A stretch of 62,604 nt of DNA, the filler included, from Nemertoderma westbladi (Eukaryota > Animalia > Xenacoelomorpha): assembly GCA_032718475.1 (NCBI GenBank). It is 3 parts of 3 records of this genome, joined end to end, with 100 filler letters (N's around TTAATTAATTAA, not from the genome) between each part and the next. Parts side by side here need not be neighbours in the genome. Positions count along the whole stretch, not along the records: positions 1 to 29,798 come from JAUCBJ010001445.1; 2 more parts are not named here. One strand, given 5' to 3'. Below are positions 13,277 to 25,676 of this stretch, in pieces. The translations under genes and the position numbers were made by a program. How positions within the stretch are numbered: the stretch's first letter is position 1; every line of letters starts with the position of its first letter. A model generated the notes under the pieces. The model worked only from the letters and a program-made list of their open reading frames with translations. It had not been told where the DNA came from and searched no databases.

Positions 13277-14182
13277 TACCATGACCCGTAATATAGTGTC
13301 ATTTTCTAATGACACGGACCCCCCCCCCCCCCCCCCCCCCCCCCCAATAAAAAAATGTATACAAATCTTTATCATATTGCATAAAATTTGATACACAACT
13401 AGTTCAACTCACCGTGGTTGTTACCATGAAGCCAGAATTTTCGATTTTGCCTTTAAATTTTTTATAAGCGTTTTAAAAAAGTGTCTTTTACGAAATCGCA
13501 CCCTCCGTGTCATTGCCATTCTTCACTTTAGTTGTAATTTCATATCATTAGAAAGTTTGCGTTGCAAGGATTAGAAATACGTAACAGGACCCCCTTGGAA
13601 ATAAGCTGCAAAGCTTTAGGGGTAATCCTATATGTTATGTTGGACAATACCTTTATACCGGTACATTGTTTGGTGTATTTGTTATTGTTTTTACATAATG
13701 TATAAATAAATCTATCTATCTATCTAACAATATTTTAAATTCGTTGAGAAACAGCTGGGATATTGTATAAGCATACCGCTGTTGCCCACCAACTCATAAA
13801 ATAAATAACACGTTCTAGAAATTTGTGTATTTATTCAAATAGAATGGAATAGGATAGCCTCCATCGAACGATAATTCTTGCAATCTTTGAACGTCTATAT
13901 TTCAGCTGTTTCTCAAAGAAATTCTGATATTGTTACATATTTCATCCATATATTCAATCCTTGCAACGCAAGCTTTCTAATGATATGAATAAATTATGAC
14001 TAATGTGAATAATGGTAAAATATAAAATTCCGGCTTCATGGTTACAACCACGGTGAGTCGAACTAGTTGTGTTTAAAATTTCAAGCAATATGATAACGAT
14101 TTGTAGAAAAATCTGGGGAGGGGGGGGGGGGGAGGGGGTCCGCCTCATCAGAAAACGACACTATATTACGGGTCATGGTGTA
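13277..14182. mobile_element. Foldback MITE with long TIRs
   Basis: ACCATGACCCGTAATATAGTGTC matches GACACTATATTACGGGTCATGGT, and the inner arms are also complementary. Confidence 0.8.
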
Positions 14183-14361
14183 TAATAGTTTAGTAATCAG
14201 TATTATTAAACTAAATATTATGATTAAAATAAACGTAAAAGATTCCTGTATAAAATTGCAAAATTCGTAAAATATACATACATTGCTCCAAATCGTAATA
14301 AAAGGTGATACAACCTGTAATAATTTAAGAGAAACATATGATATCATTTATATCAATTTCG

Positions 14362-15597
14362 TCAGTAAGTAGACTGTTTCCTTCCATACTTGACTTCGTT
14401 TTCGCTAACAATTTCGTGTGCGTCCCTTGTCATTATATTGCGTTCCTTTATCTTAGCCTGTAGTAGGATGTGCTGCAACACACCTATACGTATATTCATC
14501 TGGACGACCTCGTGTTTCAATCGTGTCAACGACTGCTTTATCTTCACCAACGGGGCTCCATCTGTCATCGACGATCCACGCTCCTCCATCTCCTGTTTGA
14601 CACGGTCCAACTGCTCGGTAATATCAGCTAGCGTTCTAGAACGCTGTGAAACTCCACCACTGGCCTGTCTGTACCGCTCTTTAGCTTCAGCCAATCTGTC
14701 TTTCATCCCTCGAAACTCGTTCAACAGAGATTCCAACTGATTATTCAGATATTTTTCACGCGATCCGATTTTCTCCAAGGTCTTCGTTATCTCCTGGTGC
14801 AGCTTATCGAGGTGCCCTTTAGTCTCAATCAACGAGGTATCTATGGCACCTTTGTGAGTGTGCATCTGGTCGACGTGGGTACGCCAGTCCTTATTGTCCG
14901 CACGGATGTGGACTTTGAGTGACGGAGTGACCCGTTCCACTTCCAGCTTCCACTCCGAGGCGTCGGTTGCGGACTCGAGGACTTCCTCCGGTTTACTCGT
15001 CGCTTCTGCGGCCGGCAGCCCCCGCAGTCCCTCCAGATCCAGAAAGTTGTCTTCCTCCTCGTCCCCGGAGAAACCAAGGAAATCCTCTTCGATCTTATCC
15101 ATCTTAAGTTCAGCGTTATCGTCGACGACTAACTCATCCTCGGTTTCCTCGACGTCCGGGTAAACCGGCTCCTCCCAACGGAACCCGTTACACTCCACCG
15201 CCGCCGTAGTCAGACGATCCAACACGTAGACAACTTGCTCTCCGCTCCCCGTCTTTAGTTTGGCGGGAGGGAAGCTGACCGGGGTTCCGGAACTCCGCAA
15301 CTGTTCCAGGATCGTGGTTATCGTCGCGTTCGGATCGTCGTATTCGTTGGGCATGTCGAGCCGTTTACCGGTCTGGTTGAGCAGCCAGATAGCGAGGGAA
15401 GTAAAGTGGAAAAACTGCTCGCCCGCGTTGCTAGACAATGCAAAGTAGTGTCGGGACAATGGTTTGAATCCCTGCCTACGGACGAAGTCTTTCTCGTAAC
15501 CAAGGATTCGGAGTCTGTCTACCACAGTCTCCATTAAACCGAAGGTCGACTCGTAAATGGTCCCCGGTCCTGAAACTGTGTCCTCAGATTCTCCCAT
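14362..15597 (-). CDS. IFT57: Intraflagellar transport protein 57 (Hippi), intronless
   Basis: 411 aa with KPLSRHYFA, GEQFFHF, EYDDPNATI, WKLEVERVTPSLKV, DNKDWRTH, SREKYLNNQLE and MEERGSSMTDGAPLVKIKQ. Confidence 0.96.
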   Translation of the reverse strand: MGESEDTVSGPGTIYESTFGLMETVVDRLRILGYEKDFVRRQGFKPLSRHYFALSSNAGEQFFHFTSLAIWLLNQTGKRLDMPNEYDDPNATITTILEQLRSSGTPVSFPPAKLKTGSGEQVVYVLDRLTTAAVECNGFRWEEPVYPDVEETEDELVVDDNAELKMDKIEEDFLGFSGDEEEDNFLDLEGLRGLPAAEATSKPEEVLESATDASEWKLEVERVTPSLKVHIRADNKDWRTHVDQMHTHKGAIDTSLIETKGHLDKLHQEITKTLEKIGSREKYLNNQLESLLNEFRGMKDRLAEAKERYRQASGGVSQRSRTLADITEQLDRVKQEMEERGSSMTDGAPLVKIKQSLTRLKHEVVQMNIRIGVLQHILLQAKIKERNIMTRDAHEIVSENEVKYGRKQSTY

Positions 15598-15755
15598 TAT
15601 TACCGGTATATTCAGTTATAGTATTATAGTAGGCCTACCGGAAACGTTGAAGTCACAAAGGTAAAGCAGATAACGTCAGAACGTTGCACAGTTTTGAGCT
15701 TAACGTCTGAACGTAGGCAGACAGAGACTAACCAGTAAACTGTAACCCGATAATC

Positions 15756-15768
15756 GTTACCTACAAAC
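15756..15768. promoter_or_regulatory. Candidate RFX X-box upstream of IFT57
   Basis: GTTACCTACAAAC lies about 160 bp upstream of the ATG. IFT genes are typical RFX targets. Confidence 0.4.
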
Positions 15769-16214
15769 GGTCCCTGATAGCTGAATGGACTATAGACAGA
15801 GACACGGTGGGACTACCAACTTTAGTACATAAGTAAGTACTACCAGTCCTGATATAAAACCAACAACAGAATAACCTATGCTTGTATGCTACCGGTTTAG
15901 GCTTACCGGTACTAAAGACAGTACGTCTAACTTCATCATTTTTAAACTGCTCATTACGCTTCTGATGTTGCTAGGAAACCTCCCAGTTGCTAATGGTGGA
16001 ATAACAAGGGCTCAGCGTGGTTAAGACTTTTCGCGTTAAGTCCCGTGGGCAATTTGAATTGTTGAATATGTTAAATAGAACATTGTTAAATGCAATATAA
16101 GGGCCTACAGTAGTATACTTGAAATTTGAAGTTAAAGTGCAAATCGATGATGTTTGATTAAACCTATTATTTGTGTCTACAGAGAAGGCGAATTGGTGAT
16201 AGGGGCTAAAATGC

Positions 16215-17105
16215 ACAACGAGAAACAATGAGCAATAAAGAGCAACAAATAGGCAATAATGTGCAGAAACGAGCTACAATGAGCAATTATGAGCAACAAA
16301 GAGCAATAATAAAGTTCAACAACGAGCAAAATGAGCAACAGCAATGAGCAACATTTTCGCTCATTGTTGCTCGTTATTGTTTATTTTTGCTCATTGCAAT
16401 TAATTGTTACTTGTCGTTGCTCTTTGTTACTCATTAATGCTCGTTGATGCTCATTAGAGCTCGTTTTTGCTCATTGTTGCTCGTTGTTGCTCGTTGTTGC
16501 TCATTAGAGCTCGTTTTCGTTCATTGTTGCTCAATTTTGCTCATTGTTACTTGTCGTTGCTCATTGTTGCTCATTGATGCTCGTTGTTGCTCATTCGAGC
16601 TCGTTTTTGCTTATTGTTACTTGTCGCTGCTCATTGTTGCTCATTGATACTCGTTGCTGCTCATTCGAGCTCGTTTTTGCTCATTGTTGCTCGTTGTTGC
16701 TCATTAGAGATCGTTTTTGCGCATTGTTGCTCAATGTTGCTCATAGTTGCTCATTGATGCTCGTTGTTGCTCATTCGAGCTCGTTTTTGCTCATTGTTAC
16801 TCGTTGTTGCTCATTATTAGAGCACGTTTTTGCTTTTCTCGCTTTTCTCTTATTTGTTTCTCAATGTTACTTGGCGTTGCTCATTGTTGCTCATTGATGC
16901 TCGTTGTTGCTCATTCGAGCCCGTTTTTGGTCATTGTTGCTCGTTGTTGCTCATTAGAGCTCGTTTTTGCTCATTGTTGCTCAATGTTGCTCATTGTTAC
17001 TTGTTGATGCTCATTGTTGCTCATTGATGCTCGTTGTTGCTCATTCGAGCTCGTTTTTGCTCAAGGTTGCTCGTTGTTGCTCATTAGAGCTCGTTTTTCT
17101 CATTG
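16215..17105. repeat. Degenerate short-period repeat (TTGCTCATTG/TTGCTCGTTG) with an orientation switch near 16355
   Basis: GAGCAA-type units run to about 16350 and TTGCTC-type units follow. Confidence 0.9.
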
Positions 17106-17340
17106 TTAAAGAATTGAATTCAGTTTTGAAAATGTCAAGCTTTGTTTATTTGAATAGGAAAACAACCAAACTTACAGTATTCATGTTTTTTGTTTACAAA
17201 CTGTTGAAAAGAGCTGTTTTTCCAAAATTTCGAAAAAAGTACATTTTGAAATATCATGTGCATGGGTTAAACGGGATTGTACTTAATATTTTTTATTCTT
17301 ATTTCATCATTTTCGATGACTAGAAGGTGTCTAATGTAGG

Positions 17341-17495
17341 GAAAATGGAATTATTGAATAATTTATTTTTTTGAATGTTTTATATTTACGCAAATTCGAA
17401 AATGTTAAATTTAAACTGCACATTTAAATTTAACATTTTCGAATTTGCGTAAATATAAAACATTCCGAAAAAAAAATTATTCAATAATTCCATTT
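17341..17495. repeat. Near-perfect ~155-bp palindrome
   Basis: AAAATGGAATTATTGAATAAT...GCAAATTCGAAAATGTTAAATTTAAA is followed by its reverse complement after a short spacer. Confidence 0.85.
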
Positions 17496-17613
17496 TTAAA
17501 AATTAGTTTGATAAAATTTAGTTTTAACCAATCCTCCTAACATTTGGTTCTACAAAAACTTTTAATAGTGAAAAGTTGAAATTCGAAAAAAATTTAATTT
17601 GACCCATCCTAAG

Positions 17614-18809
17614 AATATACCCGGCAATATGGAAGGCATTATTGATGATGCACGCAATTGGAAATTAAGAAAGGAAGACTTGGCTGTTTTGAAGAATTTG
17701 CAGAATTACTATGAGTACGACGACACAATGCCAGGATACATAGATGTCGATCTTCTGCAAAAGATATTAATCCGAAGGAGAAAACTAATGGATGATGTAA
17801 TAGAAAAGGTGCATAATCTTAACCCTGGAGGGGGTATTGTGGTAACATTTTCACGAGAGTCCGGTTGCGACCAAGGTGGCCTACGTCGTGATATGTTTGG
17901 AAGATTTATTAATGCTTTAATTAATTCCGCTCTGTTTTCGAATATTTATGGATTAATAATACCCTCCTCCGTAGCTGATATATCTAAGGTGGCCAATGGT
18001 CAATAATTTAGGGCATTAGGAAAAGTGTTGGCTATTGCAATTATACATGGCGAGCTCGTTATTGGCATAATTCACAGTTTAGTTGGGCGATATATTGCAT
18101 ATAATGGACAGGATGTTGGTTGTCTAGAATTTCTAGAATTGATCCACGAAGTGCCGGAAGTAATAATTACCAATTAGTTACAAGGAAACATCACAGACGA
18201 ATTGCGATCCAATTCCTCCGAAATGGGATTGATTATGATTGAAGCGAATATTACTCGCAGTGATTTAAGTCTGCGTAAGTTTGCAGAGTTGTTTCTGAAG
18301 TCGTTACTAATATTCAATAAAGGCGCTATAGATTCCCTGAAAGAAAGAATTCTGCCAATTCTGTCCACAAAAGATTTTCCATGTCACCTTATCTATAAAG
18401 CCCTTTCTTGTTCCCCGGAAATAATGGTTTCCAAAATTTGGCGTGAAGCTGAATTCTTGGATCCTCTCCAACCAGGCTCAAACGGTTACGAAAGGGAAGA
18501 TGATATTTCATTTTGGTTTGGCACCTCATTTCAATGTTTAGATGACTGTGGGTCATTAGTTTGGGAACAACACACATTGACCAAATCTAATAATCTTCAC
18601 TGGCTATGTGGCTCATCCCGGCCGACTATGGTCCCAAACTAACTGTTTTATTTAAGTACTGCAAAGAAAATAATTGTAAATGTTATCTTACTTGTTCCAC
18701 ATGAGCAATGCAACTCACCATCCCTATTTATATCGATTCTGAACAAGAAGTGAAGCGGCTTTTAGTTGAATCCTATTTCGCTTCTGGGGCAGGCTTTGGC
18801 CGGTGTTAA
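17614..18809 (+). pseudogene. Degenerate HECT-domain E3 ubiquitin ligase (G2E3-like, probably transposon cargo)
   Basis: VTFSRESGCDQGGLRRDMF, GQ*FRALGKVLAIAIIHG, and C-terminal CST*AMQLTIPIY...GAGFGRC*. Contains in-frame stops and frameshifts. Confidence 0.75.
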
Positions 18810-19530
18810 AAAATCAGACAATTATTAATTAATTAGCATCTCGTTATTGCAATTCTCGATATCATTTTTAATTCTAGAATTTAATTCTTTTAATTTTAGA
18901 ATTCAAACTTTTGAATTGTTTAATCGATTACCAAGTTACCAAGTAGGCCTATATTATTAGTGTACTTTAGTTATTAGTAGATAACATTTTATGTTGTTGA
19001 GTTTTGTTCTGTGAAATTTGAGGTGTTATAGTACACTTAGCATCCTTATACAATGTGTATATTGCGCTAGTGGGCAGTAATAAAATATGTCACCTGTATA
19101 AATAATATCACACCAACTTCACCATTTTCATTGTTACAACATTGGGATTGAATGGATTTCCACAACTAATCATCCCCCCTTCTTAATAATTTAAGTTAAT
19201 TGAAATTGACATATTAATTTATTAACTTTACTTTTTTAATTTAATATCAAGATGAAGGCTCCTTACGTTTTAGGCCCGTGTGTTCCTATTGTACTTTATG
19301 CTTATCCAATCTTCGCCCAATAATTACCAATTATTGGAAAGGAACAGGTTATAGTGGCATGCATTTCTAACCAAAACAATAAACGGGAGTCAATAGCACA
19401 GGTTAAACTTCCATAATCAATTTTGATTGATAATCATCAATCATCAATTAAAAGTATTAGTTAAATATATATCTATTAGTTAAAGGGCAAATTATTTTAT
19501 CCCACTCAATAGCGAATAAAATTATTCATC

Positions 19531-19627
19531 CGTCCTGGTAGCTCAGTTGCCTTAGGACACACACACCCGGCTGATGATAACCAGAAGTTTGAAACCTAGG
19601 TACCGGGTTCAAGCCCCAATAGGGCCG
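19531..19627 (+). pseudogene. tRNA-derived sequence (tRNA pseudogene or SINE head, Ile-like)
   Basis: A-box TAGCTCAGTTG, B-box GGTTCAAGCCC, imperfect acceptor stem GTCCTGG/ATAGGGC, with disrupted D and anticodon arms. Confidence 0.55.
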
Positions 19628-19887
19628 GTTGCCATTTTTCGCTATGGAGAGCATTATCATATTGTTCTATTACATTATATATACATAAATTATAATTATT
19701 TCAAGGGCGAAGGTTTGACTTGGTCGAAACATTATTTAGGGAGAAGTTTGCCGCGTCCCTCTCCCTCTTACTTACATTTATACCCGTCCGTCCCATGAGG
19801 TAATAGCAGAAAATTGGTGGCGAAATAGCTGGAAATAATATAAAATTATTATAAACTCAAAATCGATACAAAAAATAACTAGTATCG

Positions 19888-21933
19888 CTATTCTTGATAA
19901 TTAAATACAAATTGCTTGCAATATAAATAGCAGTCAACACCGTATTTATTATCGGAATTATCAGACCCAAATCGGTGATTGATTTCACTGAGTAACTGTC
20001 TTTCAGATTCCTCGGATATAGGACGTTCAATATTGGTAACATCAACAACTGTCTCTTGATCCTCAACAATCGGACCTGACCAATCTACTCCGTAATTATC
20101 AAGGTTTATATTGTTCAGCTCATCTGGTACGTTGTCGATGTCACAAGTCGATGTTAATCGGCTATTGATGAAAATCTTCTGGGGGGTCCAGTAGCGTTCC
20201 GTGCTTAACCCATGTGCATTCCAACCAATTACAAATTTTTCTAGAGCCGCGTTTATTTGTTTCTTGTAAGTAATATGCAAATAATATATATCATCGACAG
20301 AGGAGGGATCTAAATGGGAGTTGTCTTCTAGCCAAAAAAACAGCTCATAATAAACGATAACAACAGTACGGAATATATCTCTCCATAAGCGTTCTATCCT
20401 TTGATTGTGAGTACTTTTACCTGCAATAAAGCTTCCTCGATTTGTGCCTCGATGACTTATCCTATATTCGGCGACCAGTCTATTTTCCCCTCCCTTATCT
20501 CCGCTCACCCTTGAAGGGAGGCCGTATTTCCTTTAACAACTTCCTCGAACAATGGCAAAACAGTTGCAGCACAGTTGTTACCCGATGCATAAAGGTATGT
20601 AATCAGACGGGAAAATCCATCAACCCCACCTAGTACAGTCGAATTAGCAAAAACATTCAATTGTAAACAATCATGAAATTTCGGTTTCCATCAACATTTA
20701 AATTTTAAAATTCCATCAACATTTAATATTCTAGAATATATATAATATCATAACAGGGCCTATATTACCTATTTTGCTATTTCACTTCAGTTTTAGTTAT
20801 CGATCCGAGATATTAATGTTTTTTTTTAAAGTGGCTTTCAACAACAAAAAAACTACAAAAGTCGTGGCAAAAGTAAAATTTTTTGTCTTGCTTTCTTATT
20901 TGTGTTTCTACGCTCGACACTGTTCGCGATAAGTTAGTGTAATTTCAACAGTTCTAAAATGTCCTAGTTTGTTTCAATTACATGCGATTCGTATATATAT
21001 ATGTGACGTCATTAATATGTCCCCAATTTGTTTGAACAATTATTTTAACGTTGTGCCAAAGCAAAGGATACATTTGTTGTAACTTTTCTTTCGTAATAAT
21101 AAATTGATGGTGAATAAAGTTATTTGCCTTCAGCTATGTTTCGCTTTTTCGAAAGTACTAACCATGTATTACGAAGTTCCACCTTATGAGGCTATGATGG
21201 CCATCGATGTGCCATAAAGAATTGGCACCCTTTACATTATATCGTCGTCGGACCACAAGCGCTCGCCACCTTGCTGCTGATAAAATGGGGTCGATTTCCC
21301 TTAAGACACGATGAACATGTCGAAGCGCGATGAACATATTTTGACTTCGTAGCATGGCATACACGAATCTACATCCCCCATAAGGGAATTGTTGATGAAT
21401 TTCACCAATAACTTCTTTAATTTGGTTTTCATTCTCTAACGTATTGCGATACAAGTTTCGAACTCCCGAACCAAATTGACGAACTCGGTCCATAATAGTT
21501 GATCGACTCACTCCAAATATCGCAGCAATCTGAGTCCAGTTAAATCCCGCCTCTTTGAGGTATTCAAGTTGAGACTTAGTAACGTCGTATCCTGGTCTCC
21601 CCGTATTGTCAGGTCCCGGACCATTATGTGTGAGAACATGATTAAACAAAGAAGTACCATCAGGACTGACCCTTATGTACAAGTTGGCGATACGAACTTG
21701 TAGGTATTGAACATATGTCAGATACTCAACAATTGCTGAATCATGAGCTGTCAAATTATTAGATTCCTTTATCATAGTTAAAAGCAATTACATATATTGG
21801 TGAGTTTAGCTAATAGGTACTCCTTGAATTCGTCATTAATTAATTGAGGTGAGTAATCAGGTTTTAAAACACGTTCGCATTCGGTTATGATATGTTCCAA
21901 ATGGTTGACAAATATACTTGCCGGAGTTTCCAT
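19888..21933 (-). mobile_element. DDE integrase-core transposase (IS3/IS481-related, IS3EU-like), two exons, frameshifted
   Basis: HTH FNWTQIAAIFGVSRSTI; WHIDGHHSLIRWNFVIHG|GVDGFSRLI; [12 protein letters not shown]; [15 protein letters not shown]; WNAHGLSTE. Exons 21933-21163 and 20629-19888. Frameshifts near 21787 and 20530. Confidence 0.85.
20631..21160. mobile_element. TIR element forming the intron (20630-21162) of the transposase gene, introner-like
   Basis: Ends are TAGTACAGTCGAATTAGCAAAAAC and GTTTCGCTTTTTCGAAAGTACTA, flanked by ACC/ACC. The minus strand reads G|GTTAGT...GCTAAT...CTAG|GT. Confidence 0.65.
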
Positions 21934-22090
21934 GATAAACAATAAAAACTAAACTACTATAAAGTGGCAATGATGAAATCAAATTTACAATATAAAAACA
22001 ACAATTTAAATAACCTTAATAATAATAAAATAGCAAAATAATAATCATAACAAATATAAAAAGGGTTTTTTAAATACATAAAAATTATGT

Positions 22091-22210
22091 CATTCGTGAT
22101 TGGCTAAAACATGGGTGACATATTATCAAAGATGAGGCGCAAATTCGTGATTGGTTAAAAGATGGGTGACAATTATTAAAAGATGAGGCGCAAATTCGCG
22201 ATTGGCTAAA
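22091..22210 (-). promoter_or_regulatory. ~51-bp tandem repeat with three CCAAT boxes, probable transposase promoter
   Basis: GATTGGCT/GATTGGTT occurs three times, 170-270 bp upstream of the ATG at 21933. Confidence 0.45.
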
Positions 22211-22595
22211 ATATGAGTACAAAATTGCAAGGTTTTCCGAATTAATGGTGTACTCATTTTAAAATGAGTACATAATTCTTTGAATTAGTGACTCTTATAA
22301 AAATATGAGTACAAAATTGAAAGATTTTCCGAATTAATGGTGTACTCATTTTAAAATGAGAACATAATTCACTGAATTAGTGACTCTTATAAAAATATGA
22401 GTACAAAATTAAAAGATTTTCCGAATTAATGGTGTACTCATTTTAAAATGAGTACATAATTCTTTGAATTAGTGACTCTTATAAAAATATGAGTACAAAA
22501 TTGCAAAATTTCCCGAATTAATGGTGTACTCATTTTAAAATGAGAACATAATTCTTTGAATTAGAGACTCTTATAAAAATATGAGTACAAAATTA
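22211..22595. repeat. 92-bp tandem repeat x4.2 with internal palindrome
   Basis: ATATGAGTAC at 22211, 22303, 22395, 22487 and 22579. Units contain TGTACTCATTTTAAAATGAG(T/A)ACA. Confidence 0.92.
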
Positions 22596-23793
22596 TCATA
22601 TCAAATTATCATTATCTGCGGCGAGGTGACCTGCGGCGAAGTGACAGTGCGGCGAGGTGACCAGCACCCCGCAGTACCGGTACAGTATCGGGGTATCTAA
22701 CCTAGCTAAAGTACCGGTACTAAATCGCACTACCGAAACACATACGGTTGACGGTCAGACGGTACAGACATCAGACATGGGACTGTAGGACTGGCGCCTA
22801 GATCGTGGCTTTTCCAGTTAACATTATTCCATTTTGTGTAAAACAAGTGACGTGGTTGGCGAAAGCTGATACTAAGTCAGTAAGTAGCAACCAATCATGT
22901 TAATCCTGTTTAACACAGACTCAATGAGAATGGAATATTGCCAATTGCTAACATGAAAACGTTCACGTTACCATTATTCCATATCTCAGTCTGTCAGTGT
23001 CAGTACTCAGTACACACACAGTATCTGTATTCACTATTATCTATTACTGTATTAGGCCTGCCCTATCTTTACTGGCCTTAACTGTTTCATTAGGTCTAGG
23101 GCCTATACAAATTACAGAGTTATATTGGTAGTAGTCAGGCCAGGCGTCAGGTATCAGGCAGAACAGTAGGTACAGCAAAGCAAATTATTAAGAATTGAAG
23201 CAACTGTAATCTAATAGCCAATACCTATAGCAGGTTTTGTTAATTCAGTACTTTAAGCCTTAAATTCGTACTCATGGTACCTACCACCTACAGTAGTCTA
23301 ATGTAATTTGGTCTTTGTTGTACACGTTCAGACGTTAGGTTAGGCCTGGCGCCTGGCATGTGGCATGGACTTAGAAGATCAAAGATGTGTCCTTTAAAGT
23401 TTATGTCGTCCTGCGAGTTAGAGTACCAGTACGAGTACGGTACATATTGTAGATCAGTAGATAGGGCCTACTTAAATTTGCGAAGTGAAAACTGCAACTA
23501 TGATAAATTGTACCTTCCCTCCCGTATTGTATTAAAAGTTCCTCAACGAAATATAACTTAAATAAACATGTAAGCGAAAACATGGGAGCAGTAATGAAAC
23601 GATTAAAAAGTAGTGTAGGCCTAATGTAATTTATGCGAAAACAAGTAGAAGTACAAAACAACCTAGCTGCGTTATCGAGACACAAACAAAAAATTCATAA
23701 AAGGAGAACAGACAGCGAAACTAAAACCATTTCCACGCTATCCAGCATTGTTCTTTGTGTTACTCGCGTGTTTGGAATGCTACAGACCTTGGA

Positions 23794-25676
23794 CAGTCGG
23801 TGAGAAGTCAAAAATTGGACTTGAGTCCAAAATTGGACTTCGACTCCAGTTCAAGTCCAAAATTGGACTTCTGTGAGTCCAATATTGGACTTCAAATCAG
23901 CCAATTGTTCCAGGGCCTTCGGTAATTGGATCGGGCGGGATTTTTTTCTTTTAATCGAAAATATATCAAAAAATAAGAGTTTTGAACAGGGGGACCTGAA
24001 ATTCACCAGGGGGAACTTTTTTATAAGGCTTTGAATTTTTACAAAAATCCAATATTGGACTTTACGTCCAATTTTGGACACGACATTGAGAATCTAACTT
24101 AAATGTACATGAAGCATAACAGATGAGAGACAGCCAGACAGCTATTAAGTTATGGAAAGTTACCTTTGCAGCTCTCTGTATGTATCTTCAATGTAACTGT
24201 ACTTAGAATATAATGGTACATTCTAGCATTCTAGGTACTTTGTACTTTACTTTTAGCATATTGTTTAGTTTACATTCATGTTATGTCTAACCTTAAGCCT
24301 TATGTACCCAGGACTTTAGAGTCTTTAGGACTAGATTAGATTATGCTCCAAGAAATATTTAATTACAAATTATATTTGGTGGAAACTGGTAGCAATGCCA
24401 GGTTTGCCAACTGCAGCTGCTGCTAGGGCTTACTACAGTACACGCTACGATTTCGTCTAAGCTTATGGGAGCCCTATCAGAAAGAAATACTACAAGTTGA
24501 TGCTACCACCATCTCTTCTAATTTTTCCATACATCAGGGAGGGTATTTGAAATCGGATGGATAATGAAACGGGATTAACTGATTAACGTGTTGGGGTCTC
24601 CACATAATAAGTAGCCTACAGAAGTAACACACGTCATAAACCAATGGAGGGAAAGGGACAGGTTACAGACAGACAGAGGCAGGCTTTTCTAACTAAAACA
24701 ATAAACGGCCACTTTTGACTTTACCAATCTGCCAATTGAGGGAGCCCTATCACCACATACTACTAACTACAATCCAGCAATCGGCATGCTGCATTGCAGC
24801 TGCATTTTATATATATAGGCCCTATTAAGAATGCTGTGCCGGCTTATTGACAGAAGTGCGCCTCCACAACTCCCTTACACTCTTACAGCCTTACTGCCTT
24901 ATCACCCATGACATTTGCTATCAGATCATCCGCATCTTCAAGGCCAGTGTCCTTTGAGACAGTAAGAAAGACTGAAAGATGCGTCTCAAGAAAGTCATGG
25001 GCTGTCCATGTCCACCATGCTTATTTACTCCATGAGGTGCACTGGCTGGTCCTCATGACGAAAGCAATGTCCTGCAAATCGGAGGCGGCTTTGTTCTAGT
25101 GTCAAGCTTGGGGGAACTAATGAGACACCTCCAACATCAATGTTATATAGTGTCTGGTTGGAGATGTGTGCATTGTACTTGACACAGTGAACCCAATCAA
25201 AACAATTAGCCAATAAACATTAACTCAATAACATAATAGGTTACAGTTTACAGTAGTCTTATTTTTGCCATACGAAAATACCACAGGTATGGGTATGTAT
25301 GAACTATACAGCTATAACTCAACTACCGCTACTGCGGTATACACCACTAAGGCAGTAAGGCTACCGCAAAGCCATACCACTACCGCAAAAAGTAACTACT
25401 GATGTCTGACTGTACGTGTGCGATCTGCGATCCCTGCTTATAATACTTATAATAATTAATTTGATCATTAAAATGACTGAATGATGTTGCATTGTAATTA
25501 TGTAATATATATGTACTGATACGGGATGCAGTTTTGATTGAAATACCGATATACAGTATGGCAGCATGGGTACACTTAGAGTTGTACTAAAGTCCAATAT
25601 TGGACTTTGGAGTCCAAAATTGGACTTGAAGTCTAAAATTGGACTTGAAGTCCAATTTTTGACTTCTCACCGACTG
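23794..25676. mobile_element. Non-autonomous DNA transposon with AGTCCAA-AATTGGACT subterminal palindromes
   Basis: TIR CAGTCGGTGAGAAGTCAAAAATTGGACTT at both ends. TTGGA is duplicated at 23789-23793 and 25677-25681. Confidence 0.88.
24780..25195 (-). mobile_element. 3' fragment of an RTE-like LINE
   Basis: Homologous to 61575-61930. Encodes VHCVKYNAHISNQTLY...RLRFAGHCFR. Confidence 0.8.

Noticed and set aside
14130-14160. Hammerhead core CTGATGA (also at 8292 and 19572)
   Set aside because: There is no matching GAAA and no three-stem junction around any of them.
12153-17323. Repetitive ORFs at 12153-13078 and 16444-17323
   Set aside because: They are translations of tandem repeats with no domain or splice support.
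19531-19627. Functional tRNA gene
   Set aside because: The D-arm is broken by a CA-rich insert, and the anticodon arm cannot be folded canonically.
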